Positions 23,747 through 36,601 of a stretch of 64,000 nt of DNA are shown in pieces. Position numbers and translations under genes: made by a program. Position 1 is the first letter of the stretch, and every line of letters begins with the position of its first letter. Below the pieces are notes generated by a model. The model saw nothing but the letters and a program-made list of their open reading frames with translations, did not search any database and had not been told where the DNA came from. This DNA is from Podospora anserina. Taxonomy: Eukaryota. The stretch covers positions 4,030,001 through 4,094,000 of the forward strand of contig CM030338.1 in the NCBI GenBank assembly GCA_017654855.1, in the 5' to 3' direction.

Positions 23747-26251
23747 CTATCTCTTTACACTTCCCGGCCCCTTCCCCAACTTGTACTTGTCTTCCACCGC
23801 CTTGCTATACGGCAAGGTTGTATTTCCAATCCTTCCATCTCGCCCCGTGCTGCTTCCTCTCACGCACTTTCCATCCCCCCAAGCAACTTCCCTCGCAGCT
23901 CTCCAAATGGCAGTGATGTTTCTCGCCATCTCCCACGTAAAAAACAGCCTGCAATGCGCCGCCTGATACCTCATCTGCAGCGGCACCTCCTTGTCCCCAA
24001 TAACCTCCCCCTTCTCGAGATCATACGGGAACATGTTCCCCAGATTGTACCCCACGTTCGCCCCGCCAGTGTCTCTCGCCGCAGTCGGGAGACCGACCGG
24101 AATCCGGAGAGGCGGCTTTCCGTTGACCGGAAGCTTGACTCCAGGAGGCAGAGGGGTGGAGGCGTTTCTCGGGTCGGGACTGACGAAGTCTTGGAAGCTG
24201 TACACCGGTCCGCCTTTGACTTGACCGATGGCCTGCATGGGCTGGTTCAGAGGACGGCCGCCGAGGGCGATGGTTTTGACGCCGTGGATGTGTGCGAGGA
24301 TCGAGGTGAAGATGGCGCAGGCAGATGCGCACTCGCCGTCTGTGACGATGACCATGTCCTCGGGACGGAAGGGCGGCGCAGGGGAGACGGGTGGGAAGGG
24401 AAAGGACTCAAACGCGTTGATGGTTACGTTGATAAGAGAGTGGTTGGTGAAGCTGTTACCTTTTGAGTCGACAACCGGGCCGAAGAACTCTTGGAAGGAG
24501 GACCATCGAGTGCCATTGGGCGTCAGGTATAGGTTCAAGAGGCTGCGGAGAGGTGCGGTGAGTGCAGTATTATTGGACTGAAGCTTTTCGAGCTCGGTCC
24601 CTATCCACTGGAGTTGAGGGTGGGCTCGAACTTGATGCAAGAGGGGCCAGTTGTATGGCGCGGCTGGGTTGGAGACAGGAAAGAGATGAAGGTAGACGAT
24701 GGTAATGTAGTCGGTGAGCCCACCGCCATTTCCCTGCAGGTCCAGAATGAGCTTTGTACGATTCGAAGCTCTGGCTGCCGTGATAAAGTCTTTGGTAGCG
24801 TTATTGACCCTTGCAGGGAAGGAGAGCAAGGCCAAAGGGTCGTAAGGGCTCTGCGTTTCCACAAAGCTGTTGAGGGCAAGCACTGCAGTATCCTCAAAAG
24901 CAACTTCTGGCAGCAAGAATGTCCGCAACGACTCGCTTGGTGTTGTGCTGAAGGGGGTCGGAAACCCATTACGGGGAGCAGTCCAATTCTTGTCCGCCCA
25001 GTCGTAGGCTATCTGCGCCCAAGTGCTGGGAGTCGTCCCATTCCCCTGGCCGTAGGCGTTGTATAAACTTGTTCCAGAATCGATATCGGAGAAATTTGCG
25101 CGCACATGAGCTGTGTTGTCAAAGCGAAGAACGGTGTCATTCTGGAGCTTTACATTTGTGGCATCTTCAAGACCGAGAATGTAGATATCATTGTTCTCTA
25201 TGTGGTTCAAATTGGCGTCTTTGGAAACACTTGGGAACAAAGTGTTGAACCGAGCATCCGGATCGTGGCTGCCACTGCTTTGGATGGATGATTTGAGGAA
25301 GAAGTCGATAGCGGGGACGCCGTTGATAGATACGACTGGAGAAGGAGTATACCCATCACCGGTGTGCTTGATGTCGTCTCCAGACAAGGAATACTGTTAG
25401 CAACTGTCTGTTTATCAAAACTCGGGATATAAAACAGAAATCCATTACCACGGAGATATATGCTTGGTAGTTCGAGACCATCCTGAGATATCGAAACGAA
25501 CTGGACAGATCTCTCAAACGTAAACAACTCCAACAGCAATGACCTGGCGCTAAAGTGGCCATCCCTAACACGGGTGCTAAGGAGAGTATGCAGATCCGCT
25601 AAAAAGTCGAACATGTTGGAATATATTTGCTTTTTACCTTGAAGATTTGCCGAGATGTCCTTGAGTCCTTGAGTCAAGTCAACAGCCTCGGATAGATAGC
25701 CCTACAACATGTTTTTTCAGCATAAATTACTTCCAGTAGCATCCCAGAAGTTCCTAGGATTCCCTAATGTTGGGCACAACGTCGAAATGCATTTTTGTTT
25801 CTCACCTTGGGGGGATTACGCAAGTAGTCCACTGTGCTTTGCCATTCGACGAGAGGAGCAAGATAGTCAACATGGCTCTTTGCCACATCTGCATAAAGAG
25901 GGATAGATTTAAGGCACGCAAAGGCAAGAGATGGCCGTATAGGAGAAGGCGGGACGGGTGGTTGAAGCAGTCGGAAAACCCCGTCTAGGTTTTTAGGAAC
26001 TAAGGCCAAGTACCCAGTGTCAATGATACATTCAACTGTATTGAGACAAGGTGGAAAATATGGCACTGACCGATATCATTGTCTATCATCCACTTTGCGA
26101 CATTTTCCTGGATCTCTTTGCATGGCTCCTTTACACCTGTCCATCCGCGAGAGACTTGCGCGTTGTGGACATCGAGGGGGTGGGCGGAGGCTTGGAACGG
26201 AAAGACAACCAGCGAGGCAACCGATGCCACTCCAAGACAAGTGAACTTCAT
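23747..26251 (-). CDS. Secreted peptidase S41 family (CPAF/tail-specific protease-like) protein
   Basis: Signal peptide MKFTCLGVASVASLVVFPFQASA. Motifs AFACLKSIP, EWQSTVDYLRNPP, RDGHF, LILDLQGNGGG, VTDGECASAC and QAIGQVKGG. Three introns. Confidence 0.85.
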
Positions 26252-26652
26252 GGCGCAATGTCAACAAGGGTAAGTAACAGCCGGATATGTTTCAAGAGTT
26301 GCTGGCAGATATGCTTGGGGCTCTTTTATGTTGATTCTCATTGTTACACAAACCTCTACTCAGCCAACTGCGGTCGTGCGATCTACAGAGAACCACATAA
26401 CACGAGGATGGGTCGACAACAAGCGAAATCCTTCGACACGTCATGGCGTGTTGTTGGTAGTTAATTCCTACAGCACAGCCACATGCTTACCGGTTATATT
26501 CACCTAGGCGTTCTTGACTTCGGGCTGGATTGCCGAGTACCACCTTGGCGGCAGGAGTCTTGGTTTCTCACCACGAACACACTTGAACAGGTAGGTAGAT
26601 GTCTACATAATTGGGCATTAGATACTTGATGCTCTCTAATCAGCCAAGGCAT

Positions 26653-28314
26653 CTATACAAAAGAAGGTGTTATCCGACAGCAGCTGATGACATGGCTGAT
26701 TTTCTCCCAGTAGTCCACCTCCCCCTCAGCCAAATCATCCTGCGCCCAGACAGCTTGCAGAAGCAGCTTAACGTGATTGAACGACCTCGACGATTCCTCC
26801 TTTTCCGCCCTTGCGATGAGGTCAAGAATCACTGCTCTGTATTCGTCGTTTCTTGCCTCGCATCCGAGGATAAAGACGGGGAACTGTCTATCACAAGACT
26901 TAAGTTTGGGCAAAATTGAAAAGGCTTGGGCAATGTGCTTTTCAGTTCTGAAGGACTGATTGATTAGGTTGTTGGACGCTCGATTGAGATATATAAGGAG
27001 TGCCAGTCGGTAGAGTTCCAGGAGTAGCAGTGAGTCCCTTTCTTCTGGACTGGAAACAGTTGTCCCTGGAGTGGATAGGGGAAGACTACGAATTCTCCAA
27101 TCAAGAATCTGGAGAAAGTTTTTGTAGTCTTCCGTCTCTTTGGACGACTTCTTCCCGTTGAATGCAGTCGCAGGGCGTGCCGAAAATGCATCACAGACTT
27201 CAGATAGAAGCTTGATGAGACCTGTAGCCAAAGACTGAACATTGAAGGGCTGTGGTGTGCTGTTAGAGTATGTGGCTACATCGTGAAAATATCATCCTGA
27301 TCTTACCTTGGTCAAAAATCTTTGCGATCCTGTGCTTGCAGCAGTCTGTTTCTGCCAGTGTTGAAGACTGAAACGCGCCAGCACATCATGGTAGTATACC
27401 CAGTCAAGAATCATAGCCAGGTCTGTGTTTCCTTCTATCTTATCCAATCCGACAGTGTGGATGACCTTCTTAGCGTTCTCCAGGTAAATGATCCATTCAC
27501 CCGAAGTGCAAGAGGACTTGTGCGCCTCAAAAGAACACAAGAGCATTCCTGCAGCCACATGTTGGATTGCGTCGGTTGCACCAATAGGAGTGATGGACGA
27601 TGCAGCCCCCAATGCCTGAAGTGCCGTGATTTTGAGCTCAAACGCTTGTGAATGGACATCATCCCGATGTAAGGCGGAAAACGCAAGAAGGCACTGGAGA
27701 ACTGCGGTAGCTGATGCCGAAGTATTTGCCAAGGCAATCCGAATGAGGGCGTTCCCCAGCTCGAAGCTGTCGTGGCCAAATATTGCCAGCGACTTTGAGG
27801 CCGACTTTTGAAAATGCTGAAGGAGGTCTTCGTCTTGAGCCTTGATTACAGATGGATTCCATGCGAGGGGTGGCTCAAGGGTTGGCTGAGAATGCCCTTT
27901 TCCCACAGAGGCGTTCAGGTAGTAGTGCAGTTCAAGATCTTTCTGGGAAACATGAACGATCCTTGTAGTTTGAGAATTCTTGTGTGCTTGCTTCCTCGTG
28001 CCGGTTGAAGACCGTGACCGCGGTGTTGGAGACTGACCCACCATGGCTCGTCTTTTGTCGCCTAGACGGGGCCATGATAGCTGAATGGTGCGGTCGGATT
28101 TGGGAAAGACACATCGTTGTAGTTGGCACTCCGATTGTGCGCCTGGAGTGGAACTGACAACTTCTGGAAAGTCGTCGTGTTGCATGTCAGCTCTCGATGT
28201 TGCTCCTTCTGCAAACACGCGGACCAGACTTCTGGGCTCACCTGTAACACCATCTTGCCCACCACCGATCGCTATCCTTGCCGTTGAAAACGCCATCTCG
28301 GTCTTGAGTGCCAT
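26653..28314 (-). CDS. Fungal-specific transcription factor domain protein (Fungal_trans_2-like) with no intact Zn2Cys6 cluster
   Basis: LSWP linker, AVLQCLLAFSALH, MLLCSFE...W, WVYYHDVLARFSL and FPVFILGCEA. Intron about 27307-27251. An upstream in-frame ATG at 28380 is possible. Confidence 0.8.
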
Positions 28315-28703
28315 GTCAAACAAGTAATAAGGTGTTGGCTCAGTCTGTCGGACGTGAGTGGTGAGCCGGGGATAAATCATCTCTCACAAATCAAGTGGGT
28401 CGATGGCTTATAAATCAATACACACCACCAACACCAACATTGTTGTTGAAGCCAGAGGACAGTAGCATTTTCTCTTTGTGGTTAGACTATCTTTGAGGTG
28501 TGGCTATGGTTTGTTGGAAGCTGTTTACCTGCTTGCTTCTGTTCGTTTCATTGCGAGCTTGAATACCTGATAACCAATTATCATCAAGCCCACCAGTACA
28601 CAATCCTTCTCCATTGGCACAGTCGGGAAACTGCATGCTTATGAGATCCGAACGGTTCAATCAGCCACTGATAGGGACGACGCGCACAGAATCACGTACA
28701 CCA

Positions 28704-29809
28704 TCACTTCAGCTCCTCTCCCCACTTTGATGTCTTTGCCACAAACTCCTCCCAAGTCGTCAACTTGTCCTCCAGAAGCGCATGTGTCTCGTCAAGACTT
28801 TCTCCACCATAGTAGCCAAACTGCTCGAACAAATGCATGTTTTCCAGCATCTCTTGTGCGACAAAGTCGGGTGCACCCTGGTACTTGGTAAGAGCCTCGT
28901 AAAAAGCCTTGTCGGGTATCTGTTTGTAGCTTGCTGTCTTTCCCGCCTCGGGGAAGACCTTCTTGAAGCCCTCGACAATCTGGGCATTGGTAAGATAGCT
29001 GGTGGCACCAAGGAGACGCTTGCCGAGAACCTTGTCACGATTCAGTACAGCTGCCTTGATGAACTTCCCGGTGTCGGCGGCTGCGTCGAACAGGGGCTGA
29101 ACAGCTTGGTCGGAAACAGGCAGGCTCAAGATCCAGGCATTATCGGCCTGCGGATCGCGGCGGAACATGCCACCAGGAAGGTTCGACATGTAGGCTCCTG
29201 CAAGAAAGAAGGTGGCTGGGAGGCCAACCTCACGGGCGTAATCCTCCACCAGAGCCTTGCTGTCAAAGTGGTACACATTCGGCAACTTTCCATTACTCAC
29301 TACAAGAACATGGCCGGTTAGCTCAAGCTAGGTACCTTACACACGTGATTCAGAGAGGACAGTTTGGGAACTCACATTTCGTGATGTTGAGAAGCGAGCT
29401 CCAGATGAAATGCTGGACGCCAGTCTCTTTGGCAGCATCGACAAGGTTCTTTCCTTGCTGAATTTCCAGCTTCATGTCACACTTCTCCCAGTAGTTGGTG
29501 ACTGCGTATACAGCCGAGGCCCCCTCCATGGCTTTGATCAAAGTGGACTTATCATTAAGGTCGGCCTGGCCAGATTAGCTTTTATGATACCTTACTGAGC
29601 GAAGATGAGAGCAGTTGGAAGAGACTTACAGCAACGACTACGGCACCTTTCTGCTGAAGCTTTTTGGCTGACTCCTTGGTTGTGTCGCGAGTGACGGCCC
29701 TAACACTCCAGCTTGACTTGAGTTTCGGATCTTGAAGAAAAATGTCTGCCACAGAGCCACCTTGGGTGCCAGTGGCACCAAAGACGGTGATGATGTTTTT
29801 GGTGGACAT
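28704..29809 (-). CDS. NmrA-like NAD(P)-binding protein
   Basis: ITVFGATGTQGGSV Rossmann motif, then YAVTNYWE, EIQQGKNLVDAAKETGVQHFIWSSL and HFDSKALVEDY. Two introns. Confidence 0.92.
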
Positions 29810-30823
29810 TTTGATAGATTGAAAAGCGTGTAGTTTTATTGATAACGGGCGAGAATAGGGATAAGACTGTAGCACTATATTGCCTGGAGAAGTACGATGC
29901 TTGGAAGAGGTGACCTCCTCTTATAGCCTTTGGACACCTCACTGCAGAACGCTGACTGCGCCGCACCCTTCTCTTGAACCGTATTAGATAATAGGTCTTG
30001 CTGACTGTATATCACTTTGTCTACCTAACTCCGTTCATGCATAAGGCATGGCACTCATGACCAACCTCTACGCTTAATAAGCGGCCATGCAATCAACTGT
30101 CGCTACCTGCAGCCAACACGCGGACAAAGGACCGTATGTCGCTTAGTATTTACTTACAAAGGATTGGTCACCATTTTCCATCAGACATTGAGGGGCGATC
30201 TAACTGAGACCAGAGTGGCTGGATTACTCACGGTTCCGTCGTTTCTTGCTGTATGAGCCCGAAGTGGAAGGACACAACCGGATGTAAAATATGAACGGGC
30301 AGGTACCACAGGTCTCGCCAGCCATTTGTTCTTATCCATGATCTGGAAGAAGTGGTCCAATGACTCTGACCTGTAGGTTTTGAGCGGTTCCGGGTGTTGT
30401 GGTAAGGCAAATGCTCATGGCTGGACCGTGGAAACTAGTGAGCCCAGTTGTCGACTCTTCGTGGTAATGACAAGGTAATGAGTAGGTAGTATTGAGTTTG
30501 ACTTAAATAGGTTCTCTAAAGAAGGGGCTTAGTTAGTACTATAGCCAGTAAAAGGCCAGGACTATGTTAGATAGTTGACGAGCCGAGCTGTTTACTGTGA
30601 GCTTCTTGAGATTGATCGACATGGACTGCACTTCTTGGCTCACAGTCGGAAGTCATTCTCCGTCAGCTATTGTATCGGCCAGCCCCACAAACTCCACCAT
30701 AATCGCGAACTGCAAACGCGAGGCCGATGACCTCAAGGAGAGGAAAATATATGTACCAGGTGGTGATGAGAGGCAAACCGACCTCTTTCTAATAGTACCT
30801 CTTCTTCTGCTATCATTTCCAAC

Positions 30824-32098
30824 ATGTCCGGAAATAGCACCACCATTCCCACCCGTCCCTTGGGCCCTGGTGGCCCAGAGATTCCAATTCTAGGGTTAGG
30901 GTTGATGGGCCTGAGTTGTAAGTCACCTCACCCCCTGTTTACCCCTGAACTGTGTGAATTGACTTGAGCTGTGATGCAGCATTCTATGGAACCCCCCCTT
31001 CTGACGATGAGCGTCTCGCTTTTCTCGACCGCGCTCATGCGATCGGATGTACACACTGGGACTCGGCCGCTCTGTATGGAGACAGCGAGGTCCTGCTTGG
31101 GAAATGGTTTGAAAAGACTGGGAAGAGAAAAGACGTAAGTGTTGTTGTCTCAACAGCCTTGATTAATCCAGACTCATCAGCTTATCACGAGAAATAGATT
31201 TTCCTAGCCACCAAGTTCGGCAATAGAGTGCTGCCGGATGGCACGAGAGAATTCTGCAATGAGCCCGAGTACATCAGGGAAGCAGTGAAGGCGAGCTTGA
31301 GAAAGTTGAAGACAGACTACATCGATCTGCTGTACTGGTATGGCCCCTTTAGCACATTGAACTTCCCAATCTAACAAATGAACAGCCACCGCATCAGCGG
31401 CAAAACCCCGATCGAAGATGTCATTGAGACCATGAAGGAATTTGTCGAGTATGCCCTCCTCCCAACTTCCAGCAGTCTCACAAGATGCTTGAAATGCTGA
31501 CCAAGCTCCAAGATCTGGTCAAGTCCGCCACATTGGCCTCTCGGAATGCGGTGCCGACACACTCATCCGCGCAAGCAAGATTCATCCCATCAGGGCTTAC
31601 CAGATCGAATATTCCCCTTTCACAAGAGATATTGAGTTCCCCGACCTCAACCTAGCCAAAACCTGCCGCGACCTCAAGATCCCCATCGTTGCCTACTCTC
31701 CGTTGGGCCGAGGCATGCTCACGGGTAAGTATTCCTCGGCGGACGACTTTGAGCAGGGCGACTTCCGCCGCGCAGTTCCTCGCTTCTCGGCCGAGAACTT
31801 CCCCAAGAACATGGAGTTGGTGGAGAAGATCAAACAGATTGCAGCCAAGAAGGGGTGTACGCCCGGTCAACTGACTCTGGCATGGATGATGAAGCAAGAC
31901 CTCGTCTTCCCTATTCCGGGAACAAAGAAGATTGCATATCTGGAGGAGAATTGGGGAGCCAATTCAGTCTATGAGACGCTTACCAAGGAGGAGGAGATGG
32001 AGGTGAGAGCGGCGATCGATAAAGCTGAAGTGTATGGCACCAGATATCCTGCGGCGGCGATGGGTGCTTTGGTAAAGGACACGCCACCCCGTTCCTAG
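30824..32098 (+). CDS. Aldo-keto reductase
   Basis: ILGLGLMGLS, WDSAALYGDSE, IFLATKFG, DYIDLLY.HR, IGLSE, AYSPLGRG and PIPGTKK. Four introns. Confidence 0.93.
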
Positions 32099-32743
32099 AC
32101 CATGGCCTAGGGTAGCACAGCAACGCATGCTATATTCTTACCACAAAACTTGAGCTAATGTTGCATCATGAACCCTCCCAACGTTCAACGTCATGGCGTT
32201 ACTCTTTGCTCTCAGCCACTCTATGTGGGTTGATTTGGAATCGAAAAGGCGGACTGGATCTTTCGATATTCATAATGAGCTGCCTATGTACAGCTCCATC
32301 CAATTTGCTTGTACGCAAGAGGGTTTTACCCATTTTGTTGCCATATCCATCACCACAGCCAATCAGAGGCACGATCGGATTTATAGCTCGCAACAAAGCC
32401 GAAGCCAGTGTGCAACTCCTTGATATGCACCCTCGACCTTTTTAGGATACATGTTTCTGAACGGCAAAAGCCGAGTATCCAAACCCGAGGGTGGACTTGG
32501 ACAGGGACACGATAAGACGGAGTCGGATTGAATTCAGACCCGATGGCTTAAGCCCGTGTGTTTTTGCTTGCTTTGGCAGCAGGCCTTCCATCACAGTTAA
32601 ATACACCCTCTAGCCACCTTCCACGGACTGCTTTTCTCTTCAAAGTGTCTGCAATTGAAGCATACGTACTAGTTGTCTACTCTATTTCTCTCTCTGAGCA
32701 CTCATCCCTTCGAGAAACGAAGTACGCAACACTCTCAGCCAAG

Positions 32744-34104
32744 ATGTCACTCCCCCAAACATACAAGCAAGCTGTCTTCCGGTCAGCCGGTGCACCCCTG
32801 ACGATAGAAGAAGTGCCCCTTCGGCAACCCGGACCAAAAGAAGTCTTGGTCAAGGTGGAAGCCTGTGGAGTATGCTTCTCTGATATGTTTGCTCAAAACA
32901 ACATCATGGGTGGCGGATTGTAAGGACTTTTCCCCTCTCAGACTGCAATCTGTTCAATATCGTTGGATGCTGACAGACTAATAGTCCCATTGTTCCCGGC
33001 CATGAGATCATTGGTCGGGTAGCAGCGGTAGGACCCAATGTCAGCACCTGGAAGGTTGGCGATAGGATCGGAAGCGGATGGCATGGTGGACACGATGGTT
33101 TGTCTGACCCATCACTTCACATAGCAGCAAGCAGCCAAGATTGCTGACCAACAATCAATTTGAAAGGCACCTGTCGGTCCTGCAAAAAGGGGTACCACCA
33201 AATGTGCGATAACCAGGTTGTCAACGGAGAAACCAAACAAGGAGGGTGTAAGTCCGTCCGTTACTGGCCGAGTCCGTGGGCAGTGAATCCAACGTACTGA
33301 CAATGCCAGACGCCGAGTATGTCTTGCTGCGCTCCGAGGCGGGTGTCCCCATTCCCGAAACAGTGTCAGCCGCCAAGTACGCGCCTATTCTCTGCGCCGG
33401 CATGACCGTCTTCAACTCAATTCGGCACATGAACGTTGGTGTTGGCGAGACGGTGGCTGTCCAGGGGCTGGGCGGGCTCGGTCACCTAGCTATCCAATAC
33501 GCCAACAAGTTCGGATATCGCGTGGTGGCCATTTCCAGGGGCGCTGACAAGGAGAGCTTTGCGCACGAGCTGGGGGCACATGAATACATCGACACGTCCA
33601 AAGTCGACGCCGGAGAAGGTTTGAAGAGGCTCGGGGGCGCCTCGCTGGTGGTGACTACAAGCCCCAGCGCGAATACAATGTCTGGGTTGATGCAGGGCTT
33701 GGGGCCGCTGGGCAAGCTGTTGATCCTGAGTGTGCCGGGCGATGTGAGCGTCAACACTGGAGTCATGGTAAGTGAACTGTTCTGCTTGCCTGGCAGGTTT
33801 GGTGTTGAACCAGTTGCTAATTCATGCCTGTCTACCTACTCAGCTGAGATATGGGTTGTCTGTTCAGGCGTGGCCGTGTGGCCATGCTATCGACTCGGAG
33901 GAGGCAATTGCCTTCACTCAGCTGCAAAACATCGACTGTCTCATTGAAGAATTCCCATTGGAGAGGGCCAACGACGCTTTCGGTGAGTTTTCCCTTGTCG
34001 CAGACACACAAGGGAACCGTGTCTTGTCATGATGGGTATCTAACGTTTGCCCAGATGCTATGCTAAGCGGGACGGTCAGGTTCCGAGCCGTAATTACGTT
34101 TTGA
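32744..34104 (+). CDS. Zinc-binding medium-chain alcohol dehydrogenase
   Basis: ACGVCFSD, PGHEIIG, structural-zinc Cys residues, ILCAGMTVFN, VQGLGGLGHLA, ending VRFRAVITF*. Several short introns. Confidence 0.92.
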
Positions 34105-36601
34105 GTAGTAGAAGTCCAGTACGCCGGAGCGGGAGGACCGGCCGGTGATAAAATCACTTAATTGGAAGCGGAGGGCCCGGCATGAAGATGCAATGCAGTT
34201 TGTTGTTTTACCGGCCCGGTTTTTCCATCACTAATGAATGACTCGTGGCATAATCCTGTTGATGATCTGAAACAGCCATAATGGGACAGAAGCCGGATGA
34301 CTACGGGAATATGCAGCCACATCAATGATAGTATACAGATCAGGGTTCACCAATGATCGCCAGGTCCCGCGTCCTTGGCCGTTGGATCGGTGGCCAACAA
34401 ATGCCAGTAATAAATCTCTGAGTGCCTAGTTATCTCCGACAACAACAGCGAGCCACCGAGCATCTTCGAGGACAAACCTACGGATACCCCGCCGACCGAT
34501 GACGTCAGTCAACTGATTTGCAGCAGGGTTGGGATGCCGACAGCCGAAAATTCGGCCGGCACCGCAATTCTTTGGTGTTTGTCTTCTTTGTAGATTGCTT
34601 CTGCAGCTGTAAATTTATTTATATATATATATATCGGTTAGAGATGAGCCATCTTTCATTGATAGCCCAAACTTCAGGCAGGGAGATCCAGGACTCGATC
34701 TTAAGTTCCACCCGGGCGGAAATCATCTGTCAGACAGGCGATGGTGGGGGCACAGGAACCAAAGCGAAATCGCGGGGTCGCCTTGTGACGGGACTGGGTG
34801 CAGGTGCTATGTGTATAATCGCATAATCCTGCTTTGTGCAGCCAGCGAGTGGCCAATGGCAAATGCCCGCGGGAGCTTTGGCCGCTTGCATGGGACAACT
34901 GCTCGTTGCTGTGCCTTGGGTTGGGCCGGTGTCAAAGCCCAGGAGTTGTTTCGTCACGGGCAGTGGAGGGGCCCAGATCTCACACATTAGGTTGTTTCCA
35001 TATATAAGCACATGTGCGGTTGTTGTCAGTGTGTATTGTTATGGACGATATACTCTGTATGTTGGAGGAACGGCTCAATGTCTGTGAGAGCAGTGGGGGT
35101 CCTGAGGTGGACGAGATCATCCTCCTGATTGGTCCGCCGGGCCTGTCCCGGTTTGGGCCCGAGTCTCAGCGAACCAGGAGCAGGGGTGCCACCGTCACCG
35201 TCGAAAATACATCATAGTTTTCGACTGGTCATCATGGGCCTAGCACAACTGGGCTGCTCCCCTCCATCCTGTTCAAGTTTGGACAGCACATGGCTTTTTG
35301 ATGCAATCCAATTCTATTCTTGTATTTTTCTACTAGTGTGCTACAACGTGCAATACCCAACTTTAATTCCTGCCTGCCACCCAGCCACCCTACCACCCTG
35401 CCTCCCTGCCTCCCTGCCTCCCTACCTACCTTACACTTCCCGTCTACCTACCAACTTCCAGGAAGTCCCATCACAGCATTCCACGAGGACCCCGCGCAGT
35501 GACGGATCCGTCCAACATCGACCCGTTCATGCTTTGAACCCTTCGATCGCCTCGTCCCACCGCTTGCGAATCACCACGCTACTCTATCGCCCCGTCCACC
35601 GTCCCCGTTGGCGTGCACGCGAACCCTAACACATACCCCTTCCCTTCCCTCGGCCGCCACTCCACGCCGCCCTCGAGAAAAGGACCTCATTGCTGTGCAA
35701 ACACGCGCAGTTCTCCCAGACGAGGGAAAAACTCTTTGCCGTTGTCAACCTCTTAAGAGCAGCCCCAAGACATCCAGGCCGCCCTCCCTCCCTTTGGTTT
35801 CCAGCTGATCGGCTGTCTTATTGTCTTGCCTGCGGTGGTACCAGAACCCGTGTCCCAATTTGCGCCGAGCACAAAGCCAGAGACACCAAAGTCCACGCAG
35901 ATGATAATAACGGGGCTGCTATGATTCAGTTGCAGGTACGTGCTCGTGCTGGTGCTGGTGCTCTCGGCCAGCAACGCTCCCCAACGGTCCCCCTTCCGCA
36001 TCCGTCATGTCTCGCCCTTCCCTTCCACGTCCACGTCCACGCCCACTTCCACTTCCGCTTCCACTTCCCTGAACGGTCGACAGGAGGTATAGTGTGCCTC
36101 TCCTGCCCCGTCTGCCCCGTTTTCAACTCGGTATCATCCATGACGGCCGCTGTAGTTGCTGTTGCTGCTGTCTCTGCTGCTTCGACCGTCTCGACATACA
36201 CCTTCCCGGCCACCACCACCACCACCATCATGCCTGTCTGTCATGGCGCTTTCTCGAGACACCCGTCACAATGCTCCACCACGCCGCCATGCTCCCCACT
36301 GGGGTACCTCCCCTCCTCGTTCCGCTGCAGGCGCATTGGACCGTAGTCCTTCCCAGCACCTCCGTGCTGGCGCCGGCCAGTCGCAGCATCCTCTGTCCGC
36401 CTACAGCGTGGCCCCGACCCCGGGGCTCCTGGACGGAGCTGGGGACATCTCTATGCCCCTGATGGTCGGATGCTGTGTGTTTTCCTTCTGTTCACCTACC
36501 ACCAATGCCGTTCCCTCTTCGTGCTCATGCTTGCCTTGCCGGTGCTATCACCGCCCTTTTCGTGCCCTTTTCTACGAGAGCTCACTTCTAACCCGGGCGC
36601 C

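Noticed and set aside
30538-30590. Short resemblance to the central part of a fungal 5S rRNA (GCCAGT..GGCCAG.ACTA..GTT....TGACGA)
   Set aside because: The comparison is from memory, needs several gaps, and the flanks do not match. An Rfam/Infernal search would be needed.
34096-34110. ACG TTTT GAG TAG at the ADH end, a possible extra T
   Set aside because: Either reading ends within one residue, with no functional consequence and no cryptic PTS1 by readthrough.
35690-36346. 218-aa ORF upstream of the arrestin
   Set aside because: Non-ATG start and made of simple repeats (CACGTC, GCT, CAC). More likely leader or intron sequence.
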